From: Spongospora subterranea f. sp. subterranea
Lineage: Eukaryota
NCBI GenBank assembly: GCA_049724395.1
Contig: JAUGWO010000069.1
Location: 248,001 to 312,000, forward strand
Direction of reading: 5' to 3'
Length of the DNA: 64,000 bases
Part shown: positions 1-12,242 of the stretch, piece after piece
How positions within the stretch are numbered: position 1 is the first letter of the stretch
Layout of the letters: the number at the start of each line of letters is the position of its first letter
Notes under the pieces: model-generated
The model's database searches: none
Told to the model about the DNA's origin: nothing
Seen by the model: the letters and a program-made list of their open reading frames with translations, nothing else
Made by a program: the position numbers and the translations under genes

Positions 1-340
1 ACATCTTTATTTTTCATCGCATGGGCTATGTTGTCTTCATGGTAGGCTTGTCAGTTTTGATCAGCAATAAGTGAAAGAATTTGTCAAATTGTGGTTCTAC
101 AGTACCGAACATCTTAACCTGACACACTTTATATGGGGATTGGCACACTGGGTGTCTCGCTGTTATTGGCTAGATCTCTGTCAGATCAATCAACTTTCAG
201 TGTTTTATTGTTCGACGTCAAATATTGACTATGAAATATCAATTTCCGTTTGCATGGAGGCCAACAAAATTCAGAAAATTCATGGCACTCCACCACCGTG
301 ATCGCTACCGATCTCCAACGGCAGCATTTCCTTCGAAATA

Positions 341-2988
341 CTCCCTCCGTCCCATAAAAAGGTTTCGAAAAAAACCAATGTGCCAATTCAAGCTCATTTT
401 TCATCCGATTTTCTTGCTCTAAGTTGCATAGGCAGCCTACCTGCCTGACAACCAGATGTATGAGTGCCAACGGGAAGTTTTTTGTTAATTTTTTTGATTG
501 CGTAATTCATGGCGATATATTCGATTTTGTACGTTAACTAAGAAGGACACTGAACTCGACAATAGTTCGACAAGTTAACAGCTACATCGGGTATTCAGTA
601 ATTGGTAATCGTAGATAGGCATATTGGCGTAGAATCCGACTATTTTTTTTTGATTTTTCGAGCAACTCCAAGTGCTGTGGGGCAGTGTTAAGGAATGCTA
701 TCCAGGATATACCCATTGGTAGAAGAGACAATCGCCATTATGGGACCTAACTCAGGATCAGGTCGAACTGCGGGAAAAGCAGCTGAGCGATCATGACTGA
801 GGGTTTTTGATTTCTCAGTGCCAGCAGGAAGAATCCGGATGTGTCAGATAAGTTGATGATAGGGACCATTTCCGCCGCTGCAACAAGTTGTATTCAAACT
901 GAGGGAAAAATCTAAAATATCTAGAATCGTGGCTGTCAATCAATTATCAGAAGGGAGGTCGATACCTGATGCAGCAGATAGACATATTGGCAGGTCAGAA
1001 GGCAGTTACTTTGGATCTTGAGGCAATCATGACTATCCCGCTGACATGGCGCCAAAATATTCGCTCGACGGCGTATCACTTGCATGTTTCCAAAAGCGCT
1101 TTGCATCGCCGTATAAAGGAAGGAGGATTGATAATGTCTCATACTAACGCTATCAAACCCTATTTGACAGAGCGGAACAAACTCGAACGAACTGAATTCT
1201 GCATCTCTCATCGCAACGTGAATCCATCGAACAATGATTACAGTTTTGACCTCATGATGAATCTGCTATGTGTTTGACCAGTCCATATTCTAGGCCATTT
1301 TTCGCGTATTGCTGGAAATACTCTCGAGATTAGCATATTGCAGATTTCTGGCTTTCCAACATGCATTTGTCTCCATTGTTCCAGCAGGCCGGTTTTTTCT
1401 TTTTCTTTTTGCAGGTTCTCTGTATACGAATGGCCAGATTCCGATGTTCCCGTCGAACACTTTCTTGGAACTCGTATCGTACCATGGCCTTGCTTCCGCC
1501 GCTAGAAACATCACCTTTGTGATGAATCTCTTACTGTTTGCTGTACGATGAGAGGGTCTTCGCCTATCGCCACATAGTACCTTTGGTTAGTTTGGGTCAG
1601 GCAAAACCACTTATCGCCTATGTGAACCGTATTCATCATGATTTCAAAACCGTAATCATTGTTCGATGGATTCACGTCGAGATGAGAGATGCAGAATTGA
1701 ATTCTTTCGAGTTTGGTCCGCTCTGTCAAATAGGGGTTGATAGCTTTAGTATGGGGCTTTATTTCAAGTAATACGCCGTCGAGCGAATATTTTGGGGCAA
1801 TGTCAACGGGATAGTCATGATTGCCTCGAGATTCAAAGTAACTACCTTCTGACGTCCTGACCTGCCAATATATCTATCTGCTGTATCAGGTATCAACCTC
1901 CCTTCTGATAATGATTGACCGCCACGATTGAACTACGATTGTTGATTTTCTGATTGAGGTTTCACTCAGTTTGAATCTTGTTGCAGCGGCGGAAATGGTC
2001 CCTATCATCAACTTATCTGACACATCCGGATTCTTCCTTTTGACTGAGAAATCAAAAATAGCACGGCGCTCAGTCATGATCGCTCAGCTTCTTTTTTCGC
2101 TGTTCGACCTCAGAGGCAACGATGGTCTATACTCAACATTACATGTGAAAGGTGATCCTGAACTAGGTCCCATAATGGCGATTTCTTATCTACCAATGGG
2201 TATATCCTGGATGGCCCTTCTTAACACTGCCTTACAGCACTTAAACTTGCTCGCAAAATTTTCAAAGAATATAGTTGGATTCTACGCCAATATGCCTATC
2301 TACGATTACCAATAATACCGATGTAGCTGCTAACTTGTCGAACTATTGTCGAGCTCAGTGTCCTTCTTGGCTGAAGTACAAAATCGAATATATCGCCATG
2401 AATTACGCAAAAAAAAATTCAAAAAATTTCCGGTTGCCACTCATACACTCATACATCTGGTTCTCATGCAGCCAGGCGGTTTAGGCAACTTAGAGCGAGA
2501 AAATCGGATGAAAGATGAGCTTGAGTTGGCACATTGTTTTTTTTCAACCTTTTTATGGGACGGAGGGAGTATTAAGGAAGCATTAAATAGCCAGGATTGC
2601 CTACCCAGCTGTGTCAACAACCCGCAAATAGTCCCCGACCTTAACGTGCTCGAGTTGGGATGTTTCGATGCATACAAAGTCTGCAGCATCAACTACCGCA
2701 ACGCAATATCGACAAACTTATTCTGACGACAGAAAAAGCGTTCAATTATTTGGAGCCTGTGCCCTGGATAACGTGCTCCTAACCTTACAAGGATGCATGA
2801 TCGAAACCATGAAAGGTCAAGGCAACAACAAATATAAAGTCCCGCATTTGACAAAAGCGTCGTTGACGAGAAGACACCAAATTCCCCAATCGTTGTCTTG
2901 CCCTGAAGACCTTGTCTATTTAACTCGATGTGACTGAGTATGATCACCAATGAATTCGTTTCGAAACCATTTTATGAGACGGAGGGAG
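341..2988 (+). mobile_element. Degenerate DD39D (plant/oomycete-type) mariner element, outer copy A
   Basis: Stowaway-type TIR CTCCCTCCGTCCCATAAAA at 341 preceded by TA (339-340). Reverse TIR TTTTATGAGACGGAGGGAG ends at 2988, followed by TA. Transposase N-terminal fragment at 969-1277 (HTNAIKPYLTERNKLERTEFC); catalytic-end motif QPANSPDLNVLELG at ~2615-2660 and GNNKYKVPH at ~2820-2847. Confidence 0.88.
1280..2569 (-). mobile_element. Second copy (B) of the same mariner, inverted and 3'-truncated, nested in copy A
   Basis: TIR ends at 2569 followed by TA (2570-2571). Minus-strand fragments TVHIGDKWFCLT (cf. HIDEKWF) and MFLAAEARPWYD...FDGNIGIWPFVYREPAKRKRKNRPAGTME. The stretch ~1640-2569 is the reverse complement of 341-1260. 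Confidence 0.85.
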
Positions 2989-4365
2989 TAGTAGTAATTA
3001 TCATGAACTTAAAAAACCCTATTCTGTTCTCTTTCCGAAACCTGCCGATCAAAGCATTAGATCGTGACTTTTTATCATCTCAAAGCGTTCGGTTCGCATT
3101 AAAATTCCCAACGCAATGGTTGATTAAACACTATCAAGAAATTTGTATTGGTAAATGTAATCCTCGGGTTGGGCAAAGAGGACAGATGATGGAATCTTAG
3201 GTTCTTCAAAAATTTCTGAATTCGAGGGGAATGTCTGTTGTTGGTTCTTGATTTTCTTTGATCTCGCTTTTGACCTTTTCCGATTGTTTTCTTAGATTTG
3301 TTGTCTCGTGGGGTCTGGAGCCTGTTTTATTTAGTTGTGCAGGTTGATTGGCTGGCTAGTTGATGTCGCTGACCGCCCAGTTCTGGCGCTACCCTGTTTC
3401 ATCATAACAGTTCTGCTTTGTCGCAGGAGCCCAAGTCTTGACACAAGCAACCAAATATTGCCATTGCGGAAACCCTGCCGTTCCTATGAATGAAGGGGAT
3501 CAACACCTTAACCTCGACCTAGCGTCTGAATTACATAGGGTTTTAGTTTTGTTGACGGTTGATTCAAAGGACTGACTCTACTTGGTGAAAATCGAATTTG
3601 CCATTCACATTTATAAGCAACCGTAGATTTAGTTCCTAGTCAACTAATCCTAATTTGGTTGGATGATGTTCTATGTGCACACAGAAATCAGCCCTGTGTC
3701 GAATTGTATCCTCCAAAAGCACCTGGATCAACCGCTGAGGCATATCGATCCGCCAAAAACCCCAAGTCCAACAAATTGGGTCAGCTCTTCAAATCAACCG
3801 ACCACTGATGAACCTTCAACTCGGGCAGAAAAACACATCCGATCCGCTTCGAGCCAATCACATTGAACTGACCCCAACACAATCGCAAACGCCAGGAAAC
3901 TATGCCATGGCAACGAATAGAGGAGATCTTTACCACCTCATTCCGCTCATCCACTGCTACAGTTAAGGTCTATATGATAGCAGAGCTCATTCGCATCTGT
4001 CTCTGTAAATAGCGGGCTTGATCATGATCACCTCTGCCTGTCTCCTCGTCTTTAACAGACTCAGACGCAATGACCACAGCAGCAATGAGAGTAAGAATAT
4101 ATTTAGCCCTATTTTCAACATCGACTAGGTATTTCTGATGCTCACATGCAAGCACATCTTTACGAATAGGAAACAATCTACATCGGTCTGATCCTCGATA
4201 ACACGCGTCACGCGGGAAGTGTCTGTACGTTCAGGTTCAGCACAAAATCAAGGTGGAAAGGTAGATGGAGAAACTGAAAACATACAGGAAGTGATTTATT
4301 GAAAAACACGACAGGTGCTCCTTGTTTGTCATAAACGTACAACATGCGACAATACATTCTTTTCC

Positions 4366-5293
4366 TCAGAGGCGATTGGTAAAAGGATGATTCCGAGCTC
4401 TAAGAACCGACAACGCGAAAGAGTGCTGCAGTGCAGGGATGGACACTGAGTTAGGGTCTCTGATCGTCAGCTGCTCTCTGGTCGAGATGTCAACTGTTCG
4501 ATATACTCGATAGAGGAAGGAGTCGGAGTGGCCGCGAGAGACGAGAATACAGCAAATGGAAGTGCTCGACGCGGTTCTTTTCTGTCGTATTATGTCGGCA
4601 AATGCGAATTCGTTCTCCTTTGATAATCCTGGAAGAGTAGCGACTGGATGGCATGATGATGGTGGGAGAGATTGAAAATTACTGATGGATTTGGTGTAGG
4701 ATTCGAACTCGATGCAGTTGTGTCGTCGATATAGCGTCGATAGAACAGGACTCGTCAGTTGAAGCAGGTGTCGATTGCCGTCAAGGTATATTGGACTGCA
4801 CAATTGGGTACCCATAGCAATTCCGTCTAATTGCTGGTAGACGTCAAATCGATTGCATGAGAATCGGAGTGTGATGTGATTCTGATTCCATCAATGTGTG
4901 ATTGTTTTTCATCAGGTCCAGCTGTACAGAACCATACAGGTTCAAACCGGCGACCCTGATCTCTTTCGCCTTCCTGGAGTTCATCTGTCAGCAAAACTAC
5001 TTCCAATTCGGCCAAGACGTCTACCAGCAAGTAGACGGAATTGCAATAGTACACGACCCTATACCTTGACGACATCGACACCAGACGAGTCCTGTTCTAT
5101 CGACGCTGTATCGACGACACTCTCTTGATCTTCGATGAATCACATCACACTCCGATTCCCATGCAATCGATTTCCTAGATCTCCACATCTACAAGAATCA
5201 AACAACCAATTGCATCGAGTTCGAGTCCTACACCAAAACTCTTTCGCGTTGTCGGTTCTTAGAGCTCGAATCCTCCTTTGACCAATCGCCTCA
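4366..5293. repeat. Imperfect fold-back (inverted repeat) element
   Basis: Reverse-complement pairs: 4367-4420 with 5240-5293, 4692-4720 with 5207-5235, 4720-4845 with 5016-5120, and 4846-4882 with 5137-5173. Confidence 0.85.
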
Positions 5294-5295
5294 AA

Positions 5296-5822
5296 TCAGA
5301 TCATTGCCTTGAATTCTTTGAACCTAATCAACGCCTCGTCCCTCCTCTTCATTAGCATTATCGTTGCCCATCTTGATCGTTCGTCGATGAATGAGATAAA
5401 GTATCGGTTGCCAGTTGCTGATAGGGGGAATGGTCCGCAAATGTCGGAATGAACTCGATCTAGGATCTCCTTTACGGGCGCGTTTCCTGATTTCGGTGAT
5501 GGCCTCACAGTATTCTTTTGCATTTTACATGCTCGACATGGGTTCGTAGGTCACTTCGTCTTGTCCAATCCCATGTATTGAATTCTCGTTTCGCATTCGT
5601 TCAAGGTCCCTGAAGTTCAAATGCCCTAGTCGATTGTGCCAATTGACCTTGTTTCTGCAGTCAATGCGTGTTGTTCCGGGACACTTTCGAATAGATAATA
5701 CCGCCCGTTCACGTCCCCGTTGATATTCTCGTCCTGCGGCTGTGATATCCTCTGTTTGATTTCATAATAGGATTGTTCACTTGATTTGCCGCCGATAACG
5801 TAGGTCCTGGGTCCATAACCTG
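5296..5822 (-). mobile_element. Ty1/copia LTR-retrotransposon relic (PBS, gag-pre-integrase and integrase fragments)
   Basis: Integrase core ILDRVHSDICGPF...YFISFIDERSRWA (5296-5523); WHNRLGHLNFRDL at ~5605-5642; minus-strand ...CA-GGTTATGGACCCAGG at 5822-5806, i.e. an LTR end plus copia-type PBS. Confidence 0.85.
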
Positions 5823-6439
5823 TAGAGATTCGGGTTCGTGAATATCAGTTCAAATTGTAGCGTCGTCCAGGTTCAATTGTGCTGAATTAGTTTGTCTAGT
5901 TGATGCAGGCATACTGGAGTGAATAATCTATAAAACGGACCTGACCCTGGTTGCAGTTGCGTTGGTATTGTAGGAAGTTAGTTTATTAGTATCAAACGTG
6001 GACAGTTATCAAATCCATGAATCACGTATTACAATTGATACCTCAATCGTAACTCATCGCCGAACTGAATGTTGACTTATCCTTAACAGCATTGAAATCA
6101 GTAATAATGCAAACTAACAATCCTTTCGTTTTGTAAAAAGCGTGGTGCGAATCTATAAACCTACATCATGGAAGTCTGATACACCATCGTAAAATAATAT
6201 CCTTTAGTCAATCAGGTGTCAAAAATGATGTGAAATGATTCTTTGAAAAACAAGAGCAATATGTGGGTGAGATATCTGGCGTTTGTATGAGGACTTGAGG
6301 AGCCCGAAAGTGTCTGAGTTCGACGGACTCCGCGATACACGTCGTTCTCAATTTATCGAATCGAACCGAGATCAGGCGATTCCGGGGATCTTGTGGCCAA
6401 GAGACGGCGGTCTTCTGTTCACCACATATTGTCGGGATC

Positions 6440-6760
6440 ATGGTTTACATCGAAGATTGGAATGCGTTCGCTGGCGCAGCCAAGCAACTATATCTGAACG
6501 AGCCTGTCAAAAGTCGATATTGCCTCACCTATAAGCATGATGCCGGGATTATTGTGCTAAAAGTTACCGATGATAAGAAGGTTTCGTAATTGATCAGTGC
6601 ATTGATTCGTGCACATTGAGGTCTAATATTCTAACAGTGTATCAAGTATAAATCCGATCGACATGCAGATATCAAGAAGGTTGAACAGCTTAGCAAAGAA
6701 TTTATCACGATGATGGCGTCCCCGCAAGTAGACATGATTGCAAGTCCTAATAAAAGATGA
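6440..6760 (+). CDS. SRP9: Signal recognition particle 9 kDa protein (exons 6440-6580 and 6638-6760)
   Basis: Manual translation MVYIEDWNAFAGAAKQLYLNEPVKSRYCLTYKHDAGIIVLKVTDDKK|CIKYKSDRHADIKKVEQLSKEF. GT-AG intron 6581-6637. Missed by the ORF track. Confidence 0.92.
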
Positions 6761-7377
6761 AACAACATGGCTAGTGTTTCACTGCTCGAACCAGATCACG
6801 CAAAACCGATTGCTGTCCGCTAATTCCAGGCTAGCGGTGTTTATCAGATTGAATCAACAAACCCTTGAGGCTAGCTAGCGGCCGGAGATCACGTGCCTCA
6901 AAGAGTGTGTGTTGAAGTTATTTCATTGTCGTTTGATCCAATCGATAATCATCGAATGTTGAACAACTTAGATCGAGACATTGTCACGTTGCGTCGTTGA
7001 GTCGGAAATGCCCATAGAGCGTGTGTGGGTAACAATTACTGTAACGCATGCTGCAATGGGTCTCTGGTTACAGTCAGAGTCACAGCGACAGGTCAGTTGA
7101 GGAGATGAGAATAGACACGATGACCACTGCAGACCTGTGCCTGCTGCTTTCCCGAATCACTCACGGGGTGAGTTGTACACGTTGCGGACGACTACAGCAA
7201 GAATTCGGAGGGAAACGTTGAAATGTACACACACCTGAGTCGGTCGAAATAAACTGCGTGGCATCTGCTCATTCCCGACAGCTATCGAGTCATTATATAT
7301 TCATCAGCGGTTGCGAAGGAGCTGATTGAAGCTGATTCGCTGGTTGACGCCGCGGCGAAACATACACCGCTAACAAG

Positions 7378-9879
7378 ATGTCGACCTGCACCGATATCAC
7401 CACGAATCCGCTCTACATGCCTAACCGGCCCGATAACGGCAAGATTGGAAGACCCGTCAAGCTTTTGTCGAACTTTTTCTGCGTCGAGACCGTTCCCTCA
7501 GCTGATCTGCATATGTATAATGTGCAAATCACTCCAGCTGTCCCGAAAAACGTTAACAGGATGATTTTGAGCCATTTACGCGATAACGTTCCAGGGTTGT
7601 TCGAAGGAAATCTGACTGCCGCTTACGATGGTGAAGCTTCTCTTTATTATCCGAAGCGCATGTCCTGGGCAAGTCGAGTGGAGATTGTTAATCTTCCTGA
7701 CCGACGTGATAAATTTACTGTCAAACTTGAACATGTTGCGGTGGTGAATATGGCCAGCCTTCATGCGTTTATTCGTGGAAGTAATCTCGCTATTCCCCAA
7801 GATTGCATCCAAGCACTTGATGTCGTTCTGCGTACGACCCCCATTGCCAGCTGTACAACTATAGGATCTTCGTTCTTTTCTGGTAAGAACACTTCTCCTC
7901 TCGATGCTGGTGCCGAAATTTGGTTTGGTTATCATCAATCACTTCGCCCTGCCCACGGTCGTCTTCTTGTTAATCTGGACGTTGCTGCTACCTGTTTTCA
8001 CCGTGAACAAGCCGTTATCGATTTGGTTACCACTGTGACTAAGAAGACGTTGGACCAGATTAATGACTCTAATCGTCCAGCGATTCGGGCCGAAGTTGCA
8101 GGTGTCAAAGTTGTAGTCACCCATCGTCCCGACTGCAAACGTAAATATCGAATTCGAGATGTTGCCAAAGAGAATGCAATTCAACTCAAGTTTACCATTG
8201 AAGATGAGTCTGGCTCGCGAGTGACCAACGTGGCCGCTTACTTTGAGGAGCGGTACAAGACTAAATTGAAACACCCTAATTTACCTCTTCTCATTGTTGG
8301 GCCAAAGGAAAAACCAACTTACCTTCCGATGGAAGTCTGCCGTGTTCTTGGCGGTGAGCGTATCACTAAGAAGCTTTTGCCGACTCAGACTGCTGCAATG
8401 ATTAAGAAAACTGCTGCCAAGCCCAACATTCGTTGTGACAATATCACTAAGGGGGTTGTGGAGCGAGACTATGGACATGACAAAGCCCTCTCTGATTTTG
8501 GACTCAAGATCAATTCTCAGATGGTTGCACTTGATGGTCGCGTATTAAATGCTCCTGTCATTCAGTACAGTAACGCATCAAAAAAGAAGACTGTGATGCC
8601 TCAGATGGGTACATGGCAATTTCGCGACGCTCTCATGTATAACGCTCCTCCGATTAAATCCTGGGGTGTATTAGTGCTAGAACAACGGGCACGATTTGAA
8701 GAGGTTATGAACTTTCTACGCACTTTGAATGCAACAGCACAAGACATGGGTGTTTCTTTCGAACGTCCACACGTTATCATGCATAAGTCAGCACGCGGCC
8801 TTCCCAAATATGGCGATATAATTACAGACGGCATTCGTGCGGTCAATGATGTTACCAAGGTTCCTTGTCAACTAATGTTGATTATCCTTCCGTTCAGCGA
8901 TCAAAGTGCATATGGTGAGATCAAACGTTGCTGTGACACTATTATTGATATTCCATCGCAATGCATGCTTTCCAAACATGTGCAGAAAGCAGATCCTATG
9001 TATTGTCGCAATATTTTGCTGAAAATCAATGCACGTGTTGGAGGAGTTAACAATGTTCTTTGTGCATCTCCTTCGCATGATTTCTTGTTTGACAGGCCGG
9101 CAATCATTTTCGGAGCAGATGTTACTCACGCGGCGCCGTTTTCCAAGCTTCCTTCTTTGGCAGCCGTTGTTGCCAGCATGGATGCCCACCCTTTCCGCTA
9201 TGAGTGTGAAACTCGCGCTCAGAAAAATCGTCAAGAAATTATTCAAGATTTGAAAGGCATGGCAATCAACCTTCTAAAGCGGTTTTATAATGCAACCCGA
9301 GGAAAGAAGCCCGAAAAAATTTTGTTCTATCGCGATGGTGTCTCCGAAGGCCAGTTTGAACATGTTCTCAAGTACGAGCTTGATGCCCTTCGTGCTGCTT
9401 GTCTAGAATTGGAACCTGCATATACTCCCAAGATTACTTTCATCATTGTTCAGAAGCGCCACCATGCTCGCTTTTTCGTAACTCCAGCTTCATCCAAAGA
9501 GGCTGATCGCTCGGGTAACATTCCTGCGGGAACAGTTGTTGATACTGCCGTTGTCCACCCTCGTCAGTTCGATTTCTATCTCGTCGCTCATGCAGGTATT
9601 CAAGGAACTTCCCGTCCGACACATTATCATGTTATTTTTGATGAAAATCGCTTTAAAGCTGACATTCTTCAAGATTTAACTTATCGTCAATGCTACATGT
9701 ATGCTCGGTGCACTCGTTCTGTTTCCCTTGTTCCAGCTGTGTATTATGCGCATCTTTGCGCTTTCCGTGCTCGATTTCATTCGAAGACTGATGAAAATGA
9801 TCATCCGTCTGGATCCCTCCTAGATGAATCCTTGCCAACGGTGGCGTCAAAAACTGCTTCTCAGATGTACTTTATCTGA
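7378..9879 (+). CDS. AGO: Argonaute (AGO clade; N, PAZ, MID and PIWI domains), single exon, 833 aa
   Basis: Motifs YLPMEVC, LLKINARVGGVN, IIFGADVTH, RQEII, FYRDGVSEGQF, VQKRHHARFF, GTSRPTHY, YARCTRSVSLVPAVYYAHL and C-terminal MYFI. Confidence 0.98.
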   Translation: MSTCTDITTNPLYMPNRPDNGKIGRPVKLLSNFFCVETVPSADLHMYNVQITPAVPKNVNRMILSHLRDNVPGLFEGNLTAAYDGEASLYYPKRMSWASRVEIVNLPDRRDKFTVKLEHVAVVNMASLHAFIRGSNLAIPQDCIQALDVVLRTTPIASCTTIGSSFFSGKNTSPLDAGAEIWFGYHQSLRPAHGRLLVNLDVAATCFHREQAVIDLVTTVTKKTLDQINDSNRPAIRAEVAGVKVVVTHRPDCKRKYRIRDVAKENAIQLKFTIEDESGSRVTNVAAYFEERYKTKLKHPNLPLLIVGPKEKPTYLPMEVCRVLGGERITKKLLPTQTAAMIKKTAAKPNIRCDNITKGVVERDYGHDKALSDFGLKINSQMVALDGRVLNAPVIQYSNASKKKTVMPQMGTWQFRDALMYNAPPIKSWGVLVLEQRARFEEVMNFLRTLNATAQDMGVSFERPHVIMHKSARGLPKYGDIITDGIRAVNDVTKVPCQLMLIILPFSDQSAYGEIKRCCDTIIDIPSQCMLSKHVQKADPMYCRNILLKINARVGGVNNVLCASPSHDFLFDRPAIIFGADVTHAAPFSKLPSLAAVVASMDAHPFRYECETRAQKNRQEIIQDLKGMAINLLKRFYNATRGKKPEKILFYRDGVSEGQFEHVLKYELDALRAACLELEPAYTPKITFIIVQKRHHARFFVTPASSKEADRSGNIPAGTVVDTAVVHPRQFDFYLVAHAGIQGTSRPTHYHVIFDENRFKADILQDLTYRQCYMYARCTRSVSLVPAVYYAHLCAFRARFHSKTDENDHPSGSLLDESLPTVASKTASQMYFI

Positions 9880-9992
9880 CGCAATTTTACAATTGGTTCA
9901 TAAATCAATGATTTGTTTTGTTCAGTTAAAGTGTGAATCTACTTCAGAACGACTTTACCTGGGGTTTAACTTTAGATATTTTCAACAACCAA

Positions 9993-11222
9993 ATGGTCTC
10001 GGATGGTTCCTCGTTGACGGCTAGACACTATATCCATCCTAGGCGTGTTGGGCAGTTCGTCCTAAGAAGCAGCGATGATACAGTCACATCTTTAACCAGC
10101 AGGCGTATTCCTCGTTTGGCCCCTATTGTTGGTCATGCAAGCTCGGATGTTGCTCCCAACCTATCCTGCGTCAGATTATCGGTTCCAAGACATTTTGCAC
10201 AAATTGCCAGCACTGACCTCAAATCGCTCGTTCATCGATTGAATGCATTATACTCTATCGATAACTACACAGCGAAACCACCTGAAAAACCATTGAAGAA
10301 ATTGCATAGATGGCCCATTGCGCTTCAAAAAATATCTCCGGGTCACCGAACTCTTCAACTTCATAATGCACTCAAAAACGTTGAAATCTCCGATGTGAAT
10401 AGGAGACCACATACCGAAAACCACAGGTGCTTAAGATGGAAACGCCGCGGTCCTCTTGGTCTAAGACGGAATTTGGCGAAAGCAGTTTGCACTAAAACCG
10501 AAAACGAAAACAACGACAAACCAGCAAGATGTGACTGCGTTTCGAAAATGCATGGATTCCTGGCACAAAGAGATATTAGGTCGCTGTTGAAACAAACAAA
10601 CTACGATAGGCGAGAGTTATACGTCATGTACGTGAGGTTCAAAGGATTGTGTGCAATGTCGCCCCACCCCAACGGCATCGATAAGAATACCTTCAAAAAA
10701 GGAGTGGCCAGATTAGCTGTTGAAGACGACCTATTCGTTGATAGGGTGTTCAATCTGGTTGACGAGGTAAACAAACGAGTGTTTTCCTATCCAGCGAGAT
10801 AACCGTCGAATCTGTAGGATGGATCCGGATGCATCGAATGGCCCGAATTTTTATCCGCCTTGAGTGCATTAGAGAAAGGAAATCAGAACAAGAAGATGAC
10901 GTTTTTCCTGAGCACATATGATTTGGATGGTGACGGATTCATATCTCGATCCGACCTGCATACGATGCTGCTATCAAGCTATATGCTTCAGCCAGATGAG
11001 GTGACCTTAGATCTAGTGAATTCATTTGTTGAGCGGCTTTTCGGGATGTTCGGAGCAGGTGACAAGGATAAGCTGTCACTGGACGATATTCTCAAATATA
11101 TGGCCAAGAACGAAACAGACGAAGATGTTTGGGAAGTGTTTGGGCGATCCATGTTAAAAGATTTCGGAGGGTTTAAGGAACCGACAAGAACAGTCATAAC
11201 AAAGACTCGAGAACGAAAGTAA
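9993..11222 (+). CDS. EF-hand Ca2+-binding protein (calcineurin B/NCS-like C-terminus, long N-terminal extension)
   Basis: EF loops DEDGSGCIEWPEF (spanning intron 10767-10817) and YDLDGDGFISRSDL. Start ATG uncertain. Confidence 0.85.
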
Positions 11223-11312
11223 ACTGATTTATTGATGATATGGATTGTGATGCAGGTTGGACGCACCTCAGATATCTGATGGATGAACCGCAAATAAATC
11301 AGTCTTGAATTT

Positions 11313-12169
11313 CTAACGGCGACTACGACGGCCGTTATCTTCGTCTTTTTTCTCCGCATTGTTGAGTAGGATGACGAGGATCCGGACAAAAATAGCGACG
11401 AAATCGACGAACAAGTTCAGCGCCATAACGACAAAATCTTTGTTTCCAGAGATAATTTGTTCAACCATCAGCTGGGTATCGAATACGATAAAGCCGCAAA
11501 AAACGAAAAGACCCATGTAGAGATTGACCCAGGAAAACATGGACGAACGGAAGAAGAAGCTAAAAAAGCTGGCCAAAGCCAGGAAGGACACTGTTGTCGA
11601 CAGGATACCTCCCAGATAGAGCATTGAACGGCGCTAAAACAAGCAAACTTAAGGCAAACGAGGTACTTAAAAATTCGAGAGATACCTTGGCCGTTAATGC
11701 CGATGCTGAAAAGCAAACGAAAGCAAGCGTAGCTGAGACAAGAGCTGACACAAGAATGGACGGATCGATTCGAAGAGTGGCATGGACGATAGGGCCAAGA
11801 GCGCATCCATCAAGGAATCCGAATGTCAACAGCATGCCTAATCGTAGCCCTGTATTAGACTTTGTGGGCTTGGTAAACGTCAATGCCAACATCAGCAAAA
11901 GAGCGAGTATGGACGGGGTTGACGGATCAGAAAAAATCCTCCATTTACTGGAATAAAAAAATCAGGCACAGTATGCGTTATGTGTAGTATACTTACATAA
12001 ACGACAAAGATCCAGCACAAGCTGATGCTAAAGTGGCAGCTAAAGCCAAATAGACCTTTGACAATTGGGCCTGAGTGTTCTTATCGATATAGGACGAGCC
12101 GAGAACAGATTCCCATGAGAATGGTGTGCCCATTCCAAAAGGCATCGACGGAGCGGCAGCGAAAGACAT
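11313..12169 (-). CDS. BI-1: Bax inhibitor-1 (multi-exon)
   Basis: LSKVYLALAATL, RLGMLLTFGFLDGCALGP, DPSILVSAL, LYLGGILS, FDTQLMVE, LFVDFVAIFVRILVIL and a basic C-terminus. Confidence 0.93.
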
Positions 12170-12242
12170 GACGAGCGGTGATCTGGCGATCGGTGAGAGA
12201 GTATAATAATGAATGGTCAATAGGATTCGATTGACACGACCG

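Noticed and set aside
3150..4250. Gypsy-like or other transposon fragments (e.g. minus-strand TDIPLEFRNF)
   Set aside because: Too short and degenerate to assign without a homology search.
7378..9879. Prokaryotic Argonaute defence operon
   Set aside because: The motifs are eukaryotic AGO-clade and the neighbours are intron-containing eukaryotic genes.
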